Assembly: GCA_964016885.1 (NCBI GenBank)
Contig: OZ024742.1
Location: 354,640,001-354,704,000 of the forward strand
DNA: 64,000 nt
Direction of reading: 5' to 3'
From: Eledone cirrhosa
Lineage: Eukaryota
Made by a program: the position numbers and the translations under genes. A model generated the notes under the pieces. That model saw only the letters and a program-made list of their open reading frames with translations. It was not told the DNA's origin and did no database searches. Position 1 is the stretch's first letter, and each line of letters begins with the position of its first letter. Positions 12,850 to 26,124 of the stretch are shown piece after piece.

Positions 12850-14090
12850 TCCACTACCATTACCATTAACTGCACCACCACCACCAAGAATAACTTTACC
12901 ACAACCACAAATAGCAAAACCACTCCCAGCACCACCAAGAATAACTTAACTGCCGCCACAAACACCAACACCAATACTGACACCATCACCACCACCACCA
13001 CCACCACCACAAACAGAAACACCATCACTGACACCATCACCGACAACACCACCACCGCCACCGCCGACGCCACCGCCACCACCACAAATATCTTAAACAC
13101 CACCACAAACAGCAACACCATCACTGACACCATCACCGACACCACCACCACAAATATCTTAAACACCACCACAAACAGCAACACCATCACTGACACCATC
13201 ACCGACACCACCACCACCACCACCGCCACCGCCACCGCCGACGCGACCACCACCACCACAAATATATTAAACACCACCACAAACAGCAACACCATCACTG
13301 ACACCATCACCGACACCACCACCACCACCACCACCACCGCCACCGCCGACGCCACCACCACCACCACAAATATCTTAAACACCACCACAAACAGCAACAC
13401 CATCACTGACGCCATCACCGACACCACCACCACCACCACAAATATATTAAACACCACCACAAACAGCAACACCATTACTGACACCATCACCGACACCACC
13501 ACCACCACCACAAATATCTTAAACACCACCACAAACAGCAACACCATCACTGACACCATCACCGACACCACCACCACCACCACCACCACCGCCACCGCCA
13601 CCGCCGACGCGACCACCACCACCACAAATATATTAAACACCACCACAAACAGCAACACCATCACTGACACCATCACCGACACCACCACCACCACCACCAC
13701 CACCACCACCACCGCCACCGCCGACGCCACCACCACCACCACAAATATCTTAAACACCACCACAAACAGCAACACCATTACTGACACCATCACCGACACC
13801 ACCACCACCACCACAAATATATTAAACACCACCACAAACAGCAACACCATTACTGACATCATCACCGACTCCGCCACCACCACAAATAACTTAAGCACCA
13901 CCACAAACAGCATCACCATTACTGACATCATTCAGCGCCGCCGCCACCACTATCGAAACTACCGTTACCACCACGACCACAACCACGAATATAAGAACCA
14001 CCGATACCACTACCGACACTATCCACACCGCCCACACATCACCATCATCACCATCAACAGTAGTAGCAATTGCATCATCATCATTCTAAT
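12850..14090. repeat. ACC-rich minisatellite (~60-100 bp units)
   Basis: Repeated acaaatatcttaaacaccaccacaaacagcaacaccatcactgacaccatcaccgac with variable (ACC)n. Confidence 0.9.
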
Positions 14091-15199
14091 AATTATCATC
14101 ATAAACATAATTTGCTTGGCTTCCGTTTCGTTTATTTATATTAACTTATTTGTAATTACAGCTTGCAGCAACGTTTTGTTTTATGTTTGATGTCTGCATG
14201 TTAGCTGCAAATAGAAACAACTTTAATCTGGTCGTGTTTCTCATTACAAAATATATTTTCTTACATTACAAATTATGTTTAAGGAAAAACATATTAAAAT
14301 ATAATTAAAATGAAAAATATAATAAATGAATAAATAAATAACTCGATATAAAAATGAGATCAAATTATAGAGTATTATTGAAGACAGTGATGTTATTGTT
14401 GTCTCAGGTGTCGATCAACGGAGATCTGTATCAATCGTATCCTGATCCTTTATTGATACTCTTATATCAAGCTGGTGTAGCCTGTTATAGTGTAATGACA
14501 TATATACTTTCAGAACATGGTTGTTTGTGGTAAGAGAAAAATAGTAGGTGTCAAATTGCCAGAGTCTAAAGAATGTCGAACTGGTCATTAGTCTGTATTA
14601 GTCTTAGTTCTGTTCGCTCTGAGTTCAAATCTGGCTTTAATCCTTTCCTGGTCGATAACATTTGTATAGTTCCAATTCTAAGAACCATTCAACCCTGATA
14701 TTTCCTTCGTAATTCCTCTCTATTAATCTTGCTACTTCTCTGCTGGAAGTCAGATATTTTCAATAAAACCTTTGGAAAGTTCATGTATGTTAGTACGGTG
14801 ACTCTACGACTCCAACAACAAATACAGTTACTGATCTACACATTTAAGTCACAACTAAATATGACTCTAAATATTCAGGAAACATATTTTGTCGATCAAA
14901 TTAGTCAGACTATATATACATTTTTCTTTTTTATAGCGATCGACTTTTGTCAAATCGAACCGTAACGATAAAAAGCAAAGCTGACATTGGCAGGATTTGA
15001 ACACAGAAGGTGGAGATCCGGAAATATTTACTGCTATATATATATGTGGCACTCTGCCAATCTACCACACTACTAGCTACTCTTAGTAGCTAGAAGAGTC
15101 ATACATATATATGAAAGCATATTTTATTTTCGAAAGATAAAGAATTACGAGAAAGAAAGAAGAAAGCATGTTCAAGCAAATGAAGAAATGGGTAAAGGG

Positions 15200-15540
15200 T
15201 AAGGACGGTCAGATCTGTTTATATGGGAAAGTGGAAGAAAGGACTATGGAAGAAATATCTGAGAGGGAAAGGAGGGGGAAAGCAAGGAGTCTGAGGCCGC
15301 ATAAGGAAGGGAGGTAGTAGGTCTTATGCTGATGGCCTCTGGGACTAGGGCGCAGCGAGGTTGGGCAGTGCCCCACGGACAATACTTCAAAAGCATTTAG
15401 GCTGACAATGGCCAGCGACACCTTTTGCCCAAGCCACCCTAACGTGTGGGGCTCCTACGTCAGGCGGGTTGTTGACATTCCGATGTTGCGGAGGTAGACA
15501 CCTCCTGTCAAAGTATAACCTATTCCGAAGAACTTTGTGT
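15200..15540 (-). mobile_element. CRE-like LINE 3' fragment
   Basis: EPHTLGWLGQKVSLAIVSLNAFEVLS aligns with the LEWLFQRFSFAVLRGNAFSILS end of the 3870-5385 element; a pyrimidine-rich tail follows. Confidence 0.55.
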
Positions 15541-15590
15541 ATTATCCAACCCTGGCAGAATTATAGATTATTCTAGTCATATTAATATAA

Positions 15591-15807
15591 TTATTTCTAC
15601 TATAGGCACAAGTCCAGCAATTTGGGGAAGGGGAAAGTCGATTAAATCGAACCCAGTGCGTGACTGATACTTTATTTTATAGAGCCCGTAAGGATAAGAG
15701 GCAAAGTTAACCTCAGCGGGATTTGAACTCAGATCATAAAGGGACGTAACTTTATGGTGCAAAGCATGTTGTTCGACGCCCTACCAATATTGTCAATCGA
15801 CCGCCCT
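15591..15807 (-). mobile_element. tRNA-derived SINE (Meta-like domain), near full length
   Basis: GAGTTCAAATCCC B box; same body as the 8395 copy. Confidence 0.75.
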
Positions 15808-17165
15808 TAATTATTATTATTATAATATTATAAACTATTCCTGCGATAAAATATATATTTGCTCCAATACAATAATAGTCGAATCTTAAATTACAATTAA
15901 TTATCTACCTTCATTTAGAATATGAATGATACTAGAATCTATTGTATATTACACAGCATGGCAGGGGATTGACAGAAACAAAAGACCAACGGACGCAATA
16001 TCTTCAGATATTGAGTTATGTCTCTACATGTAGGAGTTGTGTCTCTACATGTGTCGCTACATGTACCAGTAAGATATAACAATGTCTAAGCAAAGTCACC
16101 AAAGAGAATCATCCTACGTTTCTGTTCTAAAAATAGATACTTGGTTGTTACTTAAATGGTTACGAAAAGGTCAGGGTTGATCGTGAAATAGTAGTGGGGG
16201 TAAATATTTGTAGTTCAGGTAGTTAGTCATATATACTGCGCTAACATAATTGATAGAAGTTGTCTGCACGGCTTAGAGTAAGAGGTAATGTGGTTATTTT
16301 CTATTCAACTTATACTTGGTTTTATTCCTACACACTGCTCTGACACTTCACTCATGTTATTCAAGTTGTATTGTGTCACATAATCTTAAGATCCAATCAC
16401 CACTAGTATTCATATGTGTGGGTATGTATGTGTTGGTTTTTTTTCCATGTGTGTATATATGATGATATCCGGGCGTGTATGTGTGTTTGTGTGTATGTGT
16501 GTGTTTGTGTGTGTATGTATGTATGACTGTGTGTGTTTGAACTGAAATATAGAAGTGTGTTTTGTTATGGTCTACGTGAAATTCAAAATCACAAATTGCC
16601 AGGTTATCGTTATTTGAAATAAGTAGTTTTGTGACTACTAAAAATAATCAATACATTATATTACGATGAAATGCAGTCAATTCAATCGTCTATTTAAATT
16701 CACATGAAATCTTTGCTATGATACTAATATGTCGGTCTTTGCATATAGAGTAGCACACGGTGTACAGGCTTAAAGGTGAATAGTTAAGTGTTTTAATGGC
16801 TTCACATTGAGTTAGTAGTAGACGTGATTTGATATTCCCTCGTTGATGTTTTTTCTCGATGACATAATTATAAAGAATACTGAAATCACAAAGTTTAGTA
16901 CAAATAGATCTTCTCCTCGCCTGCAAAAATTATTTCGAGAAAAAATTCTTCGGAACGAAACATCGTTGAATTGCCACCCCGCACGTACACACTCATAGAC
17001 AGGCATATATATACAGGCCATTCCATAGTCGTAAAGATAGATCATACAACATATGCTTCTGTTCACTTAATTCTGCCTAATTTGTTATGCTACCATATAT
17101 ATAATATATATAGACATATAATATGGAAAACGAAGAATCAGTTATGCATCGGAACACAATTTATT

Positions 17166-17258
17166 ACGTATTACAATTGTTTCTCCGGCGAACATGTTGA
17201 GGTTCGATCTGTTTGCGCATCGAACCATACTCTGGATTCGCAAGTTCCTCAGATACGT
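17166..17258 (-). ncRNA. Type I hammerhead with extended stem II, in a solo pLTR fragment (~17120-17365)
   Basis: acgtat CTGAGGA [62 nt] GAAA caattg TA atacgt; homologous to the pLTR at 20130-20290. Confidence 0.75.
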
Positions 17259-17377
17259 CTTGTGATTTCGAAGCAAATTCTCTTTTTCTATATTATCATA
17301 CTCTGCTACGAAGGATAATAGTGTTCAACCGGTATACTGCCTATGGACGCACCCAAGCAACCATACTACAAATACAT

Positions 17378-17435
<58 letters not shown>

Positions 17436-18135
17436 ATATATACGGAATATATGAAAATGGGTTTCTAAGCTATATGTTAAGCTTATATTAACTTTCAGCA
17501 GTAAGCGGCGCAAGGAGCGCTTTATTGATAAAGACTATCGCCAGAAACGATGACGTCATTATCGCTTCCTTCCCGTACATAGAATTATAGGAAACATTCT
17601 AGATGGCGCTGGGCCATCAGTTTTCAAACTCATACCTGAGTTTTTCTGACTCAATTGTCATAATGTTTCTCCCTTATATATTGACACGGAACATAATACA
17701 GATCTTACTTACTTACGACAATCAGCGCTAATAAAATGCAAATTAGTACGCCCATTTCAGGATATTACTTTAACTGATAGGTTATATTAGCCACTCGATC
17801 ACGTATATCCTTATTGTTGTTTCGGTCGATAGATGATATAATCTGATTAAACACAAATTATGCTTGTACAACGATGTTGATATGTGTATCTACTAAGATG
17901 CGTAAATGTATATACACATGTAAGCAGTCTCGCCACCGATGATGCGTGCCGAGTCCGCCGCCGCCGACCCGTTTGCTTGTGCGTCGCTGCCGGGAAATCC
18001 AGCCGACGACGCCCAAAAGACTGAATATATAGAGGAGTAACGTTAAGATATCTATGTTATTCTCCCGCAGTATGTCACTCTCTCTCCGCCCCTCTCTTAC
18101 TAGGTCGCTCTTTACTCTCACTCTGTCCTCTCTCT

Positions 18136-18169
<34 letters not shown>

Positions 18170-18363
18170 TTATACAAGTATTATTATTATTGTTAGCACG
18201 GATTAAAATTTTAAGCAAAATAGTTTCAGAGGATCCTGCTTTAGGCTGAAAGCAGCAATATTTTGCTTAATATTTTAATGTAGATATTTTTTTATATATA
18301 CAAATACATATGTCTACGGGTTTATATATATATATATGCTGTGTGTATATATATATATATATA

Positions 18364-18396
<33 letters not shown>

Positions 18397-18399
<3 letters not shown>

Positions 18400-18715
18400 G
18401 GAAAAAATGTAACGAAATTTAATTTCCCACTCTTAGTACGGCTGTTACTTAAATATAAGTATGTACACGTATATGTATACAGACGTACAGTAATATGTAT
18501 ATATATATATATATACGTACATGCACACATATATATATGTACGTATGGATTCACCAAACATTTATTATAATGCTCGGTGTGTTTGTAAACAAACATCCCG
18601 TATTAAGCCGCAGTGTCTAGCAATCACCGTTGCTCGTTTGTTCAACACTGACAAAGAAACGCTGTACTAGTTTCAAGCTTGTTAGCTATCGGAAATATAT
18701 AAGGAAAGTATATAC
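18397..18715 (-). mobile_element. Truncated copy of the 56-kb retrozyme-like family
   Basis: Reverse complement of ~56697-56995, broken inside the HHR core. Confidence 0.7.
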
Positions 18716-18719
18716 CTGT

Positions 18720-21700
18720 GGGCACACATGCATACATGCTCCCACACCAGATGCATATACTTGATGAGTCACCCCCTCATCCGTCTACCCAAGCGCCGGT
18801 GCGCAGATTATGCACACAGTATTGTATGAGACAACTCATTTGAGGCCTTGACCCAACATGATAACGTGGCGTTGTGAGTCCGAGGGTGCCTGCACTATAT
18901 GCCTAAATGTTACGGCAGCACAATATCCTTGCACTAATCGAATATAGCGTGGGTGACACATATATAAAACACCCTGTATGCTCATAACATAAAATAATAA
19001 AATAATATACAATAATAAAATAAAATAAGATAAAATACAATAAAATAAAATGCTGGAAAACCAGAATGCATACATGACAAGGATGCAGAGGGGGGCCGGC
19101 CATTATCAAAGTGTGCGTAAAGTTTCATACAATAGTTGGGGGCTGTGGTGCAAATGTTTATATGATATACATAGGGGCTGGTGCGCTAAGGCATTGGGTG
19201 GGAGCCTGCACATGATGCAGGTCTCGTTGTTGTGGATAGATGTGGGCCATGTGTTCGTGCCCAAACAAGTTATATATATTGTGTTTATGTGTAACATCCA
19301 TTTCATAAAAGTATATATGAGATGTGCATAGGTTTGGTGTATACATGGAATATAAAGGGTATGTGCTTCATAACAATATATATGGAATGCACGTGGAATG
19401 TATGTATGATGAAATGTGCCAGCGGCATGCGTTGTGTGATTGTGTATATCAGCGGCAGGGAACGACAAAATTAAAACTTGAAATCAAAATCGAAATTGCA
19501 ATTAAAATCAAAATTAAAATTAACATCAACATTACAATTAGCTGCAAAATTACTCTTAAGACCGGCATCATGTCCATAACGCAAGTAGCGGATTAAACAC
19601 CGCGAATCGAATATCGGAAATCAACAATTTAAAAACAAAAAAATAAAAAAATTATAATATTAAAAAACATTTTCGTAAAATCGTTCTTGATACAGTTTTT
19701 TTCTTTATTTTACTCTTTCTTTTTGAAATATGTATGGCGAAGTGTATCCTAAGGCTGTGTATACTAATGTTACTCTAAATATCCATATTATTTTTTTTTT
19801 TTCTATTCCCGCCAAACATTATTTATGATGAATGCCGCATACAGCATAATTGCGGTTGTGTCCTTGACCGATGCAGACTAAGGCGCCTAGGGTTAATGAA
19901 GACGTCCAAGTGATGCCAGCCGTTCATGATTTTAGCCCCTCTGCCACCACAGTAGTAATTCTGATACATGAATACATTTTGATTTACAGATAGAGAACGA
20001 AAAGAAGCAAGAAGAGGACAACCATGAGTGGCTAGAAATACCGGTGACGTATACAATTCGTAACCGCTCTTGGAATGACAACAGGATATAAATCAACAAA
20101 CAAAAAAATTCGATGTTAAAGGACTATAGGAAAAAATCTGCTTCGTAGAATCGAGGCGTATCCAACGACCGAGTGATTTCAGAGTCAGGTTCGATAACCA
20201 TATCGATCGTGCCTCGAGCTGGTCACCCGAGAAACAATTGTAATATGTCGAATAAATTCCTTTCGTCGGAACACTGCTTCTCTTTTTTCTGTGATATCAT
20301 ACTCTGCTCTACGAGGGCATTGAGTGCTCATACGGCCTATCGCATACGGACGCTTTAAGCATCCAACACCAATTATTTTGCTCCTCCACAAGTCGAGCGC
20401 TTGAAACGAATTGCCATGGAGAGATTCCAGTACTCTTCCTCGTCCAAAGACATCACGATACCTTCGGACAACACCTACCTTCGCCTACTCATCCACCACA
20501 CCAACTCATTTGTCAGGCGGATGAGATGGCTGGCCTTCCACTACGACCACGGGAATACACAACAGACTCAGGACATCCCACGCGACGGCCTTAGGAAGAT
20601 TTTCAAGTCCAGACGACACCCCCCGCACAATGGGGCACTAGAAACCTTCGAAAACCGCCTAGTAAGCATCGTAAGGAACATAAAATTCAACAGGATTGCG
20701 GCACGCGGAAACCAGTACCTGAAATAGCTCAGCGCCGACATTAAAAGCATGGAGAGTTGCCGTATTTACATGTACGTTCTGATAAGACGGGTAACATTTA
20801 CAGGATGAACCACGGAACCTAAGGAAAATGCATGGAGAAAGGAAGTAGAAAGATTTATAGGATTACGGGTCAGGACAACCTTGATAGAATCAACTACACG
20901 ACCAAAAACTTAATGACAGGACTGTAGCAGACAGGACAGAACAATACGTACCTAGAAAACCGCGGATTTCCATCAAGGAGCATCAATTATATTTTAAAGC
21001 AACCTCCCGGTTAGACTAATAGCAACCTCCAAGTCGGACCTAGGGAGGGCGAGTAAGAATATTATAGATAGGATACTGCTCACCTTTATAAATAGAAATA
21101 GACTTAGATTATGGACTTAAGGAGATAATAGAATAGTTTACAGCGCTGCCCACCAAGCAGCAAGTGAACTTTGTGCAACTTAACATAGAAAATCATTATG
21201 CGTCTATCTCACCATTAATTGTTAACAAGGCCCTCATGAGCGCTATGATAAGGTCCAACTCAACTAGAGGTGAAGTGGACATCATTATAGCTGCTACAAA
21301 GACACTCATTAGGTTTGACGGTAGACTGTGGGAAAGGAGGGATAGACCCGACAGTTTCGACATCACCATGGGATCGAGCGACTCCGCACAAGTGATGGAC
21401 TTGGTGGGAATTTATCTACTCCATAGGTTAGCACAGGAGATTCGAAGGATAGGCTGAGGGATATATAGAGACGACGCCCTATTTATATTCCTCTCATTAA
21501 ACTCTATCCAGCTGGAGCGCATCTCACATTTCGTTAAGCAGCACGGCTTGTCCGTGCTAATAGAAAATAGCACTAAGACAGTAAATTTCTTAGACGTATC
21601 CTTGGAACTGGATACAGGCTTATACCGACCATATCACAAGCCCAACAAGAACCTGCAGTATGTAAACAGGCACTAAAACCACCCCAAGTCGGTTATTGAC

Positions 21701-24700
21701 CCTATAGTGAAGGGGGTATCCAGCCGAGTATCAACACTCCTGCAATGTGTATGTGTTCAATCAGCACGCTGACTACTACAATGACGCACTGGGCAGGGCA
21801 GGGTATACAGAAGCCATAGTATATACCCCGACCAAGGGCAGGCCGCATAGCAAGGTACACAAACACCCGGATACCGTTAGTAAAAACTTAGGCAGACAAC
21901 CTACCCGTAAGCAAACACCCAACAGTATAGATAGGAGTATTATACAAGGCAGTGATAGCCGCACAACAGATAGACAGTTGAGGGAGCTTGGGAACCCTAG
22001 GGAAAACAACACATACGAACTTAACAGTAGTAACACCACGGACCAGGATGGGCAAACCATAGATAGTGAAGTAGATAACACAGCCCGGAGATCTAGGGGG
22101 TAATACCAAGACTAAGAAAACCAGCAATGATACGTCAGGACACTCGGGTAGCGGGAGTGAGACGGAAAAAAGGGCTAGCAACCGTGCCCAGAACAAATTA
22201 GCATGCAAAGGCCATTCAATAGACTTAAGTAACATTTCTATGCATCGGCATAGAATGTAGGGGACAATTAGGGGTAGGACCTAACCCGAGAGAGCAGCTT
22301 GACAATGCAAGCACCACTAGTAGCAGACAACGAAATTGAAATAGATCTAGAAACGTAACATGGTATATTGCACAATACTCGAAGCATGTACGCACTAACA
22401 TTCCAGGTCTCTTTTTCGGGCCATAGGGATGAGTGTTTCCCGGCTTCACAGAGGTACCACATTTTCAATCAGCACGCCGTGAAGTTCTCATGTTCCACAG
22501 CACCCAACATGGCGGACTACATGGCCAGGACCGGCGCGTTGAAATTCAGGACACCTCATGGGCGCAACGATTAGGCACCGGACCTGCCGGGGGAGGTGGT
22601 TGCGGGGAGTGTAGGCGGTAGTGGCTGATGGTTCTCGGGACGTGCTTGGGGAAGAGCCGAGGCTACGGAGTGCCCCATGCCAGCCAGTAGAGACCAGCTG
22701 GTAGTGAACATTGAGTCCACCACTCCCCCGGAGCACCACTCGAGGACCGGTGAAAACACAAATAAGACGCCAGGACCACGTAACGGGAGTTGCAAAAATG
22801 ATGTATGGACATGTAACTGCCGTTCCCGTGAGGAATGCCCTGTGCAGGGAATGTGCCTGACTAAGGGCGTTGTCTTCAGATGTGTGGTTACCACGCAGAA
22901 CGATAGGCACATATACATCCGAGCTACATCCACGACTTTTAAGTTGCGGAGATGCCACCAGAAGAGCTCGTTCAAGGACAGGAATGAGAGACATTCCACC
23001 AGATTGGCGGACTTAGTGTGGAGATTCACAGACAATGGCATAGATATGACCTCAGCTGGGATGTTGTATAGCATGCGAATGCGTACTCGGTCGGAGACAG
23101 GAACTGCAAGTTATGCCTGTCCGAGGCTATGGAGATAATAAAAATTAAGGGTGACGCAGTCAACCTCGTGTCTGAAATAATCATGGAATGTAGACATCAA
23201 CGTAAATGCACACTCTCCTCGGCCCAAGTGATACTGGATGGATCTACATAGCGCACTACCGCCACCGCATTACCTGGTGGAGCGCATGCAACGGACCACA
23301 ATGGAACACTGCATAACTATGAATTCATGACAGCACAAACTGATAGCAATCACAGTTCCAACGTTGCCCACCTCGTAGAACACCTTAATAGCACCACCAC
23401 ACCAATTGGGGGACGCCGACGGATTACAAGTAGGATTGGGTCTACAAACATATGTGTGCTTTTAAATTCTCAAATTTCTAAATTGTCAAACTTTTAAATT
23501 ATTAAATTGTTGATTTCCGATAATCGATACGCGGTGTTTAACCCGCTACTTGGTTGGTGGACATGATGCCGGTCTTTAGGTTAATGTCACAGCTAATTGT
23601 AATGTTGACGTTAATTTTAATTTTAATTTTGATTTTGATTTCAAGTTTTAATTTTATCGTTCCATGCCGCCGATATACACACGCACACAACGCATGCCGC
23701 TGGCACATTTCATCATACATAAATTCCACGTGCATTCCATATATATTGTTATGAAGCACATACCCTTTATATTCCATGTATACACCAAACCCATGCACAT
23801 CTCATATATACTTTTATGAAATCGATGTTACACATAATCACAATATATATAACTCGTTCCGGCACGCACGCAAGCCCACATCGATGCACAACAACGAGAC
23901 CTAAATCATGTGCAGGCTCCCACCCAGTGCCTTAGCCCACCAGCCCACATATATATCATATAAACATTTGCACCACCATGTTGGCATATTGTGCAGATAC
24001 CCTCGGAGTCACAGCGCCACGTGATCAGGTTGTGTCAAGGTCTCAACTGCGTTGTCTCATACAATAGTGTGTGCAATATCTGCGCACCGGTGCGTGGGTT
24101 GAAGGATGAGGGTGGAGGGACTCATCAAGTATACGCATACGGTATGTGAGCACGCGGGTGTATGTATGTGTGCCTACATAGACATGCAATAGCACGGGTG
24201 TGAGCATGCATGGGTCGATGTATTTGTCTGAGCATGTATGCGTGCGGATACGGATGACATTCCATAGATTGTTCTTTTCTCATCTATCTATATATGTGCA
24301 GAGTCTTGGCTATGCACGCTACTCTGAGTCCAGTGTGTGAGTGTAGAACTGGGTCTATTTGTTGAAAACACCTTTGATATAGTCCTTCCGCTTGAATGGC
24401 TGTTGAAAGTTTTTTTTTTTTAATTTAAAGAAAAAAACCTTCTTGATACAGGTTTTTTTCTTTTTCTTTTTCTTTTTCTTTTTCTTTTTCTTTTTCTTTT
24501 TCTTTTTCTTTTTGAAATATGTATGGCGGAGTGTATCCTAAGGTTGTGTATAAATGTTACTCTAAATATCCCCATGATTTTTTTTTTTAATTCCCGCAAA
24601 ACCTTATTTATGATGAATGCCGCATACACCATAATTGCGGGAGTATACTTGACAGATGTAGAGAGTACTAGACCGATGTAGACCTAGTGTTAATGAAGAC

Positions 24701-25092
24701 GTCGAAGTGATGCCAGCCGTTCAAGATTTCAGCCCCTTTCCCACCACAGTGGTAATTCTGATACATGAAGAAATTTTGATTGACAGGTGGAGAACGAGAA
24801 GAAGCAAGAAGTGGCCAAATATGAGTGGCTAGAAATACCGATGACGTGTACAATTCTTGACCACTCATGGAATAGCAACAACGGGTTCTAAACCAACAAA
24901 CGAAGAAATTCGATGTTAAAGGACTATAGGAAAATCTGCTTCGTAGAATCGAGACGTATCCGACGACCGAGTGAATTCAGAGTCAGATTTGATCACCATA
25001 TCGAGCGTGCCTCGAGTTGTTCACCTGAGAAACAATTGTAAAAGTTCCAACAAATTCCTTTCGTAGCAACACTGATTCTCTTTTTTCTGTGA
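18720..25092 (+). mobile_element. Near full-length decayed Naiad-type PLE: inverted 3' UTR piece (18720-19635), direct pLTR (19690-20292), ORF, long 3' UTR, pLTR (24435-25092), (TA)n
   Basis: 18720-19635 is the reverse complement of 23500-24175. The two pLTRs are direct repeats, each with an HHR-like motif (20155-20249 and 24953-25047). Confidence 0.85.
20416..23251 (+). pseudogene. Naiad-type RT-GIY-YIG ORF with stops and frameshifts
   Basis: YSSSSKDITIP..FVRRMRWLA; FDITMGSSDSAQVMDLVG; GIYRDD; VNFLDVSL; CNCRSREECPVQGMCL; CKLCLSE; ECRHQ. Confidence 0.9.
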
Positions 25093-25098
25093 TATATG

Positions 25099-26112
<1,014 letters not shown>

Positions 26113-26124
26113 GCATAGATATAT

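Noticed and set aside
13020-13930. CRISPR-like periodic repeat
   Set aside because: The intervening parts are variable (ACC)n rather than unique spacers; eukaryotic context and no cas genes.
12777-13931. 384-aa Val-rich ORF (longest in the track)
   Set aside because: Antisense reading of an (ACC)n minisatellite; no domain.
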